Origin: an uncultured virus (IMG/VR IMGVR_UViG_3300042891_000356)
Lineage: Duplodnaviria > Heunggongvirae > Uroviricota > Caudoviricetes
Strand: one strand, 5' to 3'
Length of the DNA stretch: 20,000 bases
Virus record (IMG/VR): IMGVR_UViG_3300042891_000356
Position numbers and translations under genes: made by a program. The notes under the pieces were generated by a model. That model saw only the letters and a program-made list of their open reading frames with translations. It made no database searches and had not been told where the DNA came from. Positions 1 to 8,145 of the stretch are shown in pieces; the stretch's first letter is position 1, and every line of letters begins with the position of its first letter.

Positions 1-1890
1 TGCATCTAAATTATCACCACCATTTATTATTCGTTGTCTAACAGAGTTTGCTGTATCTACAGTAACACTAGGTAATGTGTCTGCTAGCCAATCAATCCAA
101 CTAATTGGCACTGATGCTGGTGGTGTATTTTCTTTGTTAGTATCCACAAACAATTCAGCTTTAAGTTGGCTGATACTTTGTTCGCGGTTCATACCCATTT
201 GCTTGCCACCTTTGATAATGGCTTCGGTACTGCTTGTAGCAAACACCATTTGTTTGCCGCCACTGCCATCTTTATTCCTAACCCAGTATTGTTGTTCATC
301 ACCTTTCTTCTCTTTACGAGCTACCTGTGCTTGACGAACATTGTTAACTAGTTCTGTTTTGTTAATTTGCCCTAGTGCATAGCGACTGAATAATGCAACA
401 CTATTGTTAGGGTCAGTCCACTCGCCTTCTGGGCTAATTAGTTTGTATAGTTTCTTAGCATACTCTTGTTTGTATGCTGACTCGTCCGTGGCAATGCGTA
501 GGCTTTGTGCTAGGCGTAGAGCAGTATTAACAAGTTTAGGTATGTCTTCGTTTAGATAATCGCCTCCCGGACCACGGAATTCTACGTAGTTGCCTTTGGT
601 ATTGATACTTGTATACTTTTGTGTAACTCCACTGTGTACTAGTTTACTAGCTGCCGCTCCAAGATGTTCTTTCATCTTAGCTAACAATGCCGTGGCATTT
701 TCTGGATTCTGTTGAATCTTTTCTCTAACAATCTTCATAGCACTTTTAGCATAAGTGTTATAAGCACGACCAAACTCTTGAAGTACGTATTCGTCACCTA
801 GGAATAATGCTAGTTTAACATAGTCTAGATTATCAGTGGTCATGTTAGGCACACTGATGTTCATGTGTAGGCCCGTTGATTTGTTAGTATAACAACCTGC
901 AAGTTTGGCCCATTGTTTAACTTTCTTCAACATCACCAGGCCATCTTTAAGCGGCATTGCCGGACTGATAAACTCTAGACCAGCGTCACCTTGGTCAGCA
1001 TCAATTGAACCATCTGGCTCAATGATAAAGTAACCTTCTTGTTGTTGTTGACTACGACTACCACTGTGGTAATTACCAAAACCGCGTGCTTCATATCCGG
1101 TAGCACCATAAAAGTCATCAGCTACTTGATCTACGTCTGCGTCGCCACCGCCGTTGCCTTCGTTGGCATCATACATGTGTGGCCAATCAAATCCCCAATG
1201 ACGTTCGGCGTCCTGCATGTCACCAATGCCAATGTCGCTTAACCATGCTGCTTGATCGCCATCACCACCGTTACGGAAATCATCTTCCATCTCCTGGCGT
1301 GCTTCATCGTAGGCAGATTGATACTCATTACTATTAGTATCTCCCATCAACTCGTCTACTCGATCTTCGATCATTTGTAATGTTAGATCGCGAATCTCTG
1401 CATTAGCTTCTTCACTAGTAGCATCTTTGTCTGGGTTTGCTTCTTTCCAGCGTTGATGTGCTTCTTCGGATGCATCATCACGACTAACTTCATCTTCTAA
1501 ACGTTCACGAATTGACTTATCTAAATCATCTACATTATCATCTATATAACGATTAGCAGCTTCATAACTCCATTCTAAGTATTCATCAAACATCTCACTT
1601 CGAGCACGATCTGCATCACTGCGACCCATATTACTGAAATCACCGTTACGGAAGAAGTTAACAATATCGTCAATGTCATAGGCGCTTTCGTTGTATTCGT
1701 AATCGTATTCCCAGTCGGGTTCATCATCACCTGTGCTGGTATTGGGTACACACATTTCAAATTCAATACCCATAAGCATACCATCAGCTTCTGGACTGTT
1801 AGCGAACGCTTCTAGGCTGGATGGACTCATCGATACTTCATCAATGATCTCTGCTTCTTTTAGGGCTTGTTTTATTTGACTATATCGCAT
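1..1890 (-). CDS. Putative amidoligase (COOH-NH2 ligase / Amidoligase_2-like) with acidic insert; C-terminus runs off the window (>=630 aa)
   Basis: Not in the ORF track. Manual translation from ATG at 1890: MRYSQIKQALKEAEIIDEVSMSPSSLEAFANSPEADGMLMGIEFEMCVP...EPDGSIDADQGDAGLEFISP...GCYTNKSTGLHMNISVP...KYTSIN...YVEFRGPGGDYL. GxExE, DGS, ExxSP, GxHxxxS and EFR are the ordered motifs of the glutamine-synthetase-like amidoligase family. No in-frame stop in the segments checked (1-660, 841-900, 961-1020 and the N-terminal ~50 codons). Confidence 0.85.
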   Translation of the reverse strand, partial: MRYSQIKQALKEAEIIDEVSMSPSSLEAFANSPEADGMLMGIEFEMCVPNTSTGDDEPDWEYDYEYNESAYDIDDIVNFFRNGDFSNMGRSDADRARSEMFDEYLEWSYEAANRYIDDNVDDLDKSIRERLEDEVSRDDASEEAHQRWKEANPDKDATSEEANAEIRDLTLQMIEDRVDELMGDTNSNEYQSAYDEARQEMEDDFRNGGDGDQAAWLSDIGIGDMQDAERHWGFDWPHMYDANEGNGGGDADVDQVADDFYGATGYEARGFGNYHSGSRSQQQQEGYFIIEPDGSIDADQGDAGLEFISPAMPLKDGLVMLKKVKQWAKLAGCYTNKSTGLHMNISVPNMTTDNLDYVKLALFLGDEYVLQEFGRAYNTYAKSAMKIVREKIQQNPENATALLAKMKEHLGAAASKLVHSGVTQKYTSINTKGNYVEFRGPGGDYLNEDIPKLVNTALRLAQSLRIATDESAYKQEYAKKLYKLISPEGEWTDPNNSVALFSRYALGQINKTELVNNVRQAQVARKEKKGDEQQYWVRNKDGSGGKQMVFATSSTEAIIKGGKQMGMNREQSISQLKAELFVDTNKENTPPASVPISWIDWLADTLPSVTVDTANSVRQRIINGGDNLDA

Positions 1891-1903
1891 ATTAAGTATT
1901 TAT
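1891..1903 (-). promoter_or_regulatory. T4-late-like promoter box ATAAATA(CTTAAT)
   Basis: Minus strand reads ATAAATACTTAAT-ATG. It overlaps the TAA of the upstream gene, and the identical 13-mer recurs at 8146-8158. Confidence 0.65.
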
Positions 1904-2478
1904 CGTAAACCTATTTTCATAAATCGTTTGTAGGTTTGTCCATCTGCACCTTCAAGTTGAATAGTATCTAATACTAATTCTTCAGCTAAGGGATACGCAC
2001 GATTAAAGCTATCAAGGGTTTGGTGTAGATTATCTGGATTGTCAGGTTGACCATCACGACCTTGTATGGCCACAACACTGCCTTTGGGCACATTGTCTAA
2101 CCATTGATTAAATCTGATATCGTTAGTGCTGGTATTAATGACTAATATACGATCGCCTACAAACTGTGTGTCTAAGCAATCTTGTGTTACTGCTACGATC
2201 TTATCTTCTATGCCTAACTGACGATTAAAACGTTGTGTCCATTCTGTGTTCTTAGGATCTATATCTATTAGATAAGCTGTATCAAACTTAATTTTTTTAT
2301 ATAACAGATATGGACCCATACTGCCATACCATGAGCCTAATACGTAAACATTATCAAACTCTGTTAGGTCTAAACGATTGAGCGTAGTTAGTAGCCATAG
2401 TTTGCCAAGGTTGAGATCTTCAGTGCGACTGCCCTGCGGAGTATCTGGAGAATTTTCAAATAGTTCTATGGCTAACAT
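1900..2478 (-). CDS. Class I SAM-dependent methyltransferase-like protein
   Basis: Motif I-like VYVLGSWYG, acidic end of strand 2 (LIDID), then VTQD and LVINTS. N-terminus is MLAIELFE. Confidence 0.7.
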   Translation of the reverse strand: MLAIELFENSPDTPQGSRTEDLNLGKLWLLTTLNRLDLTEFDNVYVLGSWYGSMGPYLLYKKIKFDTAYLIDIDPKNTEWTQRFNRQLGIEDKIVAVTQDCLDTQFVGDRILVINTSTNDIRFNQWLDNVPKGSVVAIQGRDGQPDNPDNLHQTLDSFNRAYPLAEELVLDTIQLEGADGQTYKRFMKIGLR

Positions 2479-2484
2479 AATATA

Positions 2485-2925
2485 TTAAGATCCTAGTTTA
2501 GTTAATTCGTAAGTAACTAGGTCACCGTGATCCTCAGAGTATTCATCATACCCCCATGCTCTAGCATAACGAGCAACTAAACTATTATATAGTTTTGCTC
2601 TACTTTCGCTACTTTGATTAGGATCACCATCTTTGCTTGCTGTAAACATTATCCGCCATGGCTGTTCTTTTTTGATGAATTGTTGTATAGCAGACAGCAC
2701 CGTAGCGAATATACGATAAGCATCACCTTCGCCGGTTACTGATTGGCTATTGTTTCTGTAAAACTCGACTTGCCACTCACCGTCGCCTTCGTTGTTAAAC
2801 ATTATACTAAGATTAGTACCACCATCTAATCTAGCCAGCGCATCGTAATCACCGTGCTCACCTTGCTCCCATCGTAAAGGATAAGGTTGATTAAAACTTT
2901 CAATGATGAATTCACGTGCTCTCAT
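2485..2925 (-). CDS. Hypothetical phage protein with MRAREFIIE N-terminal tag
   Basis: 146-aa ORF with SD-like AGGA upstream. Contains TGEGDAYRIFATV...SRAKLY; function not recognisable. Confidence 0.8.
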   Translation of the reverse strand: MRAREFIIESFNQPYPLRWEQGEHGDYDALARLDGGTNLSIMFNNEGDGEWQVEFYRNNSQSVTGEGDAYRIFATVLSAIQQFIKKEQPWRIMFTASKDGDPNQSSESRAKLYNSLVARYARAWGYDEYSEDHGDLVTYELTKLGS

Positions 2926-3016
2926 AATGATCCTATGCTCACTTTTGGCATCCCTCCAGGCCAGCAGCCGGCCACACCAAACACCATAACGAGTATGGGC
3001 CTAAGGTAGGTGTTCT
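2926..3016 (-). ncRNA. Candidate structured RNA / cis-regulatory element
   Basis: GC-rich 91-nt gap in a region where genes otherwise abut. Minus-strand stems: GGCCGG-CUG-CUGGCC (with a G-U pair), CCAUA/UAUGG, CCUA/UAGG, GAACACC/GGUGUUU. Family not identified. Confidence 0.4.
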
Positions 3017-4012
3017 TTAATTCTTATAATAGAAGTAGTGTATATCTTCTTCTGGATTATACTTTACTACTAAATCGTCTAACACAAACTCATCGCCGTA
3101 TTCGTCAACCAACTGCGCAAACGTGGTGGCATCACCGAAAATATATTCAATAACATCATCATCGGTACAATTACCTTGATAGCTTAATCCTTCGTCTTCG
3201 CTTATAAATTCATTTGCTCTCATATCGGTCTGATTCAACACATACCTATCATACAAATCACTTAATTGGAAATCACTACGAATTAGTTGCTCTTCAGCAC
3301 TGCCTGTAGGCCACGGTTTCTTTTTATTATATGCTATTTGGTATGCTTTTTCTGGAGTTAACGGCACATTTTTTCTAACTGTGTCCTTAAACACGCTGTA
3401 TAGAATAGGGTAGTCATCATCACCTACCATACCTGACGCTACAGGTTGTTGTCCACCCTCACGGCGGATAAAATCAGCAAATACTTCTTGAAACACTTTT
3501 TTTGGATTACGACAGTAATCTCTGCTGGATTGGCAGTCATCAGTAAAGCCTTCAAAGTGTACACGGTAATCGCCTACTTCGTCTACACCAACATCTTCCG
3601 GTGTTAGATTATTTAAAAATTCTTCAACTTCTGGATCTAGTGATTCAGTTAATTCTTTAACAGGCACATACGCTGGTATGTGCGTTATTCCTAATTCTCT
3701 TGCCTGCCATGCACGATGGTTACCATCTAAGATATGCCCTTGTCTGTCTATGACAATAGGTTTACGTTTGATATCGTCTGGTAAGATTTCATCAGCATAG
3801 TCTACATCGACGTGTACTACACGACCATACGGATCATCGTCTGCGTCAATTTGTAATTGATCTACTGCTACAGTTTTTAGTACATATTCTGTATTGGCTA
3901 ATATTATTTGATCTAGGTTACTGTCTTTTTGTGATGCTGGATGTATGCTGTTGACATAGTCTAAGACCTTGCCGGCGCTAACATTTTCTAAGATAAATTC
4001 TTTAGCTCTCAT
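3017..4012 (-). CDS. Modular protein: N-terminal ParB/Sulfiredoxin-like domain plus unknown modules
   Basis: PIVID..GHILDGNHR..A..LG...IPA is a ParB/Srx signature. Starts MRAKEFILE, with an internal ELTES and a second tag MRANEFISE at 3223. Confidence 0.75.
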   Translation of the reverse strand: MRAKEFILENVSAGKVLDYVNSIHPASQKDSNLDQIILANTEYVLKTVAVDQLQIDADDDPYGRVVHVDVDYADEILPDDIKRKPIVIDRQGHILDGNHRAWQARELGITHIPAYVPVKELTESLDPEVEEFLNNLTPEDVGVDEVGDYRVHFEGFTDDCQSSRDYCRNPKKVFQEVFADFIRREGGQQPVASGMVGDDDYPILYSVFKDTVRKNVPLTPEKAYQIAYNKKKPWPTGSAEEQLIRSDFQLSDLYDRYVLNQTDMRANEFISEDEGLSYQGNCTDDDVIEYIFGDATTFAQLVDEYGDEFVLDDLVVKYNPEEDIHYFYYKN

Positions 4013-4713
4013 TATTTTAAACTCAAATCATCGTCTTGTTGTTGACGGTATGCTTTACTTAATTTGTCCATGTACTTCATATTACGTAGGATTTTAAATG
4101 CTAGATTTTCTGTGCTGAATTCACCGCCTGCATCTAAACCTGCACGGCGCATTTTACGAATCTTTTCTGATATGCGTTTAATATCTTCTGGATCATCAGC
4201 GGCTACAATAGCATGATCAATTTGGCTACGTAGATCTAATACTTTGGCATTAACACTAGCACGATCAATTGATGGTACTTTAAAGTCAGGAGTTTTAAGC
4301 CACTTATTGTTTAACAAACTATACACACCTTCGCTAACTGGAGGTTGCGCAACATCTTCTACATACAATTCTACATCATAACCGTAGATGGTAATGTCGT
4401 GTCCATCATTCCAAATTTGTTTCTTGGCACGATAGAACGCTTCGGCAATATCATCGCACTGTAGGTCACTGTAGTTAGTAACCACGTGTACATCAAAGTC
4501 ACTGAACTTAGTCCAGTTATAGTTGGCCATACTACCTGTAAGTACAACATCTTCTACTTTAAAATTAGGAATCTCTAAGTAGCTAACAAATCGTTCGGCT
4601 ATTTCTAATAGACGATCACGCACTTCTTCGACGAGTGTGTTATTGTCCCAGGCCGCTGGATTCAGCTGACTGTTATAAGCAACGTTGTTCTTGGTAAAAT
4701 CTCTAGCTCTCAT
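4012..4713 (-). CDS. Pol-beta superfamily nucleotidyltransferase
   Basis: LTGSMANYNWTKFSDFDVHVV fits hG[GS]x9-13Dh[DE]h, with a third acid in DVELYVE and a helical C-terminus. Confidence 0.8.
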   Translation of the reverse strand: MRARDFTKNNVAYNSQLNPAAWDNNTLVEEVRDRLLEIAERFVSYLEIPNFKVEDVVLTGSMANYNWTKFSDFDVHVVTNYSDLQCDDIAEAFYRAKKQIWNDGHDITIYGYDVELYVEDVAQPPVSEGVYSLLNNKWLKTPDFKVPSIDRASVNAKVLDLRSQIDHAIVAADDPEDIKRISEKIRKMRRAGLDAGGEFSTENLAFKILRNMKYMDKLSKAYRQQQDDDLSLK

Positions 4714-4721
4714 TGTTTATC

Positions 4722-5099
4722 CTAACCGTTTGTAAAATCAAATAACGCATCTTCGCCTTTGTCTGTTAAGGCAGAATTCTGTACCAATCCATTGGCTGCT
4801 AATGACTGTTGTAGTGCGTCAAAGTCTTTAGTTTGTCCTAGACTATCATAGCCATACCCTAGCTCGTTGTCGTGTGCAGTTTGAATTGCTTTTAGCACTA
4901 ACATAGTGCCGTACCCTTTTCTTTGAAATTCTGGGGAAATACTCACGTCGTGAAATGCATCACCTTCTTCGTCAACACTATATTTGTATGCGCCTACTTT
5001 GACATTTCCGACAAATAATTCCACAGTGAATCCACGAGCAAAGTTACTTTGGCTACTTACTCGAAATTTATTAGTGTTAGTAACTTCGTTTATCAGCAT
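4722..5099 (-). CDS. GNAT-family acetyltransferase
   Basis: DVSISPEFQRKGYGTMLV is the acetyl-CoA-binding motif A (V.P.xQ/RxxGxG). Starts MLINE. Confidence 0.8.
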   Translation of the reverse strand: MLINEVTNTNKFRVSSQSNFARGFTVELFVGNVKVGAYKYSVDEEGDAFHDVSISPEFQRKGYGTMLVLKAIQTAHDNELGYGYDSLGQTKDFDALQQSLAANGLVQNSALTDKGEDALFDFTNG

Positions 5100-5100
5100 A

Positions 5101-6462
5101 TTAGTGTATTGCGTATTCTATACGCTTGCCTTCTTTATCTGTGTACAGTAAACTAACGTCCCATGCTCCATTACCACCTGCACGTTTAACGTAGATGTGA
5201 TCTTTAATCCATTCTGCTACACCACCGTCACTATCTCTGCCGCGGATATTTTGTTCTAGGCTGTAGATAAAGATTTGATCGAGATCTGATATTTCTTGTG
5301 TATCGGCACCCCACTCACGACCTGTTTCTTCGGCTAGCGCACGCACATCCCATGGCTGTAAATCCACAGCATTATTGATAGAGACAATAAAATCATTTGC
5401 TTCGTAATTCCAACTGGTGTAACTTTCGCCAGCATCTGCTGCAGCATCAAAGTCAATTTCGCCTTCTTCCTCGTGGCCTTCTGGATATACATATCCTTTT
5501 TCACGTAGGTAATCCCACCAGTAGTCGTCCCCAACTACCCAATCATTGACTATTTCACTAACATGATCGTTTACGGCTGTTTTAATTTTTTCTATTAACG
5601 GTTTTAGTACTTCGTCGGAAGCAAAGACTATCCAATCATTCAAATAGCCTTCTGGCATTTCTTCCTGGAAAAACGGTACTAAATTGCCAAAGCGCACTGT
5701 TAGTAAATCTACAATACTGTCTACACTGTTGTCGCCTTCGTCCATAAACTGACCACTAGGGAAGTGTAGTTGATATTTTTCACCTTCGTAGTCAGGCCGT
5801 TTAGGCAGTAGGATATACATTTGTCCATCGCGGGCATACTGCTCGAATCTATTGTTTTCACGTGCGGCTGTACACCATCTAGTGCCTTGACCATAGTAAC
5901 AGGCTGCATCTTCGTCATGCGGCACAATAATGCGCACAGCTTCATTTTCGAACGCAGTGTAGGCATCGCCCTTGCTCATAGTTTTAGCAGCATCCTGTTC
6001 TTCTTTGGCCGCTAAGGCGTTACGCAGATCGAGATTTTGTGCAATATCTTCTAGTCCAGCAAAGTCAATGCGACCAATGTCACGATACTCTGCAGGTAAG
6101 ATTTTTTTAACTTTAAATTCGTGATACATTTTAAGCGCACTGTTACCACGGCTTATTATATCTTCTAATTTGATGCCTTGGTTAGCATATACTTTAGTCA
6201 ACCATTGTACATACTCTTTATTAGGAGTAGGGTCGGAATTTTCAATTACAACCATGATATGGTCAATGATTATTTGACGTTGTTCTGCTGTAATCGCATC
6301 ATTAATCTTGATCTTTTGATCAATGAACGCACGGTCTGTGCCTAATTGTGTACCAGAAAGAGTGTGACTCTTATCCTTGCCCAATGCCGCAACAAGTTTG
6401 TTGCCAAAGACATTGACTGTTTTCTCTCTGCTGTACTCTCTTAAAAATTCTTTAAATCGCAT
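5101..6462 (-). CDS. Hypothetical phage protein with YGxGTxWC motif (possibly PcfJ-like) and acidic C-terminal region
   Basis: 453-aa ORF starting MRFKEFLRE. Contains AACYYGQGTRWCTAA...F..Y...G.MYI...KYQLHF. The fold assignment is tentative. Confidence 0.7.
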   Translation of the reverse strand: MRFKEFLREYSREKTVNVFGNKLVAALGKDKSHTLSGTQLGTDRAFIDQKIKINDAITAEQRQIIIDHIMVVIENSDPTPNKEYVQWLTKVYANQGIKLEDIISRGNSALKMYHEFKVKKILPAEYRDIGRIDFAGLEDIAQNLDLRNALAAKEEQDAAKTMSKGDAYTAFENEAVRIIVPHDEDAACYYGQGTRWCTAARENNRFEQYARDGQMYILLPKRPDYEGEKYQLHFPSGQFMDEGDNSVDSIVDLLTVRFGNLVPFFQEEMPEGYLNDWIVFASDEVLKPLIEKIKTAVNDHVSEIVNDWVVGDDYWWDYLREKGYVYPEGHEEEGEIDFDAAADAGESYTSWNYEANDFIVSINNAVDLQPWDVRALAEETGREWGADTQEISDLDQIFIYSLEQNIRGRDSDGGVAEWIKDHIYVKRAGGNGAWDVSLLYTDKEGKRIEYAIH

Positions 6463-7393
6463 CGAACTGTCCTAATATACGTTGTGCTTCTCTTGTTAAT
6501 AATGCTTTGGTATCTTCAGCTTTTTTCTTAGCTTCCGGTGTCACAGCTTTATCAAACTTACTGCTATTAACTGCCTTGCTTATTTTACTTATGTAAATTG
6601 CTTTCACTTGTTCTATTAACTCAGGACGGCCCAAACTTTCAGCAATGCCAACAATACTGTTAATAGTATTTGAAGTTTTTATTTCGTCGCCCATGCCTGG
6701 ATACTTGGCTAAACGTGCGCTGATAGTTTTAGCACCAAGGAATGTAGCAATATCAACTGCCCATGTGTCGGGATTATTTGTTATGGTTTTAAGCTCTGTA
6801 TCTTTAGTTTGTCTAAAACTAACTGGCACACCATTTTGTAATTTAACCTGTACTCCACGTCCACCAAAGCTAAGATTTAATGCTTCTGCCAATGATGAAT
6901 ATAAACTTGCACTTAGTACACCTTTAACATTGTACTCTGGTCCTAAGGCACGACTCCACTGTTCGTTCTCATAGTATGCTGTAACAAAGTCAACTTGTAC
7001 ATATTGCTCGCCTACTTTAATTATAACATTTGTGCCGTTGTTAGTTGAGTAATTAGGGTTACTGTCGCAAAACTCTTTAATAGCTGAACTGTATGTTTGT
7101 TCGTTGGCATTGTCTGACATATCAGGCAAGCGTGGCACAAAGAAGTTAACATCAATGTCACCGTATTCACGAGTTGGATTTTGTGCAAGGTCGCGTTTGT
7201 AGTAGGTTGTACTACCAACTGGTGTACCTATCTTAACTGGTGCTAGGTCTTTAGTTTTTAAGAAAGCATTTAATGCTTGTTCGAACGCAGGTAATGATTG
7301 TACAACAACATCAACCAGTGCAGGTGTAATATGTGTACCTTGTGTTAAGGTACTTGCCCAACCGCCTTCTAAGATAAACTCTTTAGCTCTCAC
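6452..7393 (-). CDS. Pol-beta/PolX-like nucleotidyltransferase (paralog 1)
   Basis: VGST...YGDIDV...YVQVDF. GTG start overlaps the upstream TGA. Starts MRAKEFILEGG. Confidence 0.7.
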   Translation of the reverse strand: MRAKEFILEGGWASTLTQGTHITPALVDVVVQSLPAFEQALNAFLKTKDLAPVKIGTPVGSTTYYKRDLAQNPTREYGDIDVNFFVPRLPDMSDNANEQTYSSAIKEFCDSNPNYSTNNGTNVIIKVGEQYVQVDFVTAYYENEQWSRALGPEYNVKGVLSASLYSSLAEALNLSFGGRGVQVKLQNGVPVSFRQTKDTELKTITNNPDTWAVDIATFLGAKTISARLAKYPGMGDEIKTSNTINSIVGIAESLGRPELIEQVKAIYISKISKAVNSSKFDKAVTPEAKKKAEDTKALLTREAQRILGQFDAI

Positions 7394-8127
7394 AGTACTG
7401 ACTTCCAGTTCTTAAACCACACCGCGGAACCTTCGCCTACTATTGCCTGCTGTGATTCTGGTAGTTGTACATTTTCTTTACCTAATGTTTCACGTGCATC
7501 TGCTACTAAGGCATTGTAGTTAGGTAGATTTTTAATCTTGGCAACGATAGTTTCGACTGATGCTAGATCAGCGGCACTGCCATTAAATAATTTGTGTGCA
7601 ATTTCACTTGGATCTTTTGAAATAACTTCGTTCGTAGCACGATCCATTAGGCCATTCTTGTATGACCATTTCATGCCCTGTGCTTTGGCAATACTAGCAA
7701 GTAATACATGACGATGCATACCTTTAAATGGGCTACCTTCTGGGCTACCTGTCATACTAAAACGTTGGAAGTTTGGATCACCAAACATAAAGTCAGTTTG
7801 TACATAGCCATTCTTTGCTTCACCATTGATAGGAGTTTTAAAATGTACGCTATCGCCTGTCTTTTTAATGTCAGTTGGCTCGATGCCTTTCTTTAATAGT
7901 TGCTGTACAAGTACTTCTTTGCTGATTTTGCTAGCATCAACTGCTAGATCTAAGTCGCCCGAAGTTTCTTTGTAGCCAGTTGACCCTAGCATATTATCTA
8001 CTAGATTAAGTCCAGTAAGTTGTTCTAACCATTGTACTGTTGGAATAACATCGGCACGAGCAATACGCTGTGTTGCTTCGCTACCATCAGCTAGTTTAAA
8101 TACATTTCCACCTTCGGTTATTTTCAT
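7390..8127 (-). CDS. Pol-beta/PolX-like nucleotidyltransferase (paralog 2)
   Basis: LGSTGYKETSGDLDLAVD...YVQTDF...TGS gives GS, DxD and a third Asp. Starts MKITEGG. Confidence 0.75.
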   Translation of the reverse strand: MKITEGGNVFKLADGSEATQRIARADVIPTVQWLEQLTGLNLVDNMLGSTGYKETSGDLDLAVDASKISKEVLVQQLLKKGIEPTDIKKTGDSVHFKTPINGEAKNGYVQTDFMFGDPNFQRFSMTGSPEGSPFKGMHRHVLLASIAKAQGMKWSYKNGLMDRATNEVISKDPSEIAHKLFNGSAADLASVETIVAKIKNLPNYNALVADARETLGKENVQLPESQQAIVGEGSAVWFKNWKSVL

Positions 8128-8145
8128 ACGAGACCTTTATATTCT

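Noticed and set aside
77..1784. Short track ORFs (77..334, 166..351, 1039..1242, 1575..1784)
   Set aside because: All lie within the long minus-strand amidoligase frame, which has clear family motifs.
2926..3016. tRNA or intrinsic terminator interpretation of the intergenic element
   Set aside because: No T-loop GTTC-RA within a cloverleaf, no acceptor stem with CCA, and no U-tract after the GC hairpin. It is kept only as an unclassified structured candidate.
4012..8127. CBASS or toxin-antitoxin (MNT-HEPN) call for the nucleotidyltransferases
   Set aside because: No recognisable effector (Cap, patatin, TIR, TM-SAVED) or HEPN partner is adjacent. The context is phage late genes.
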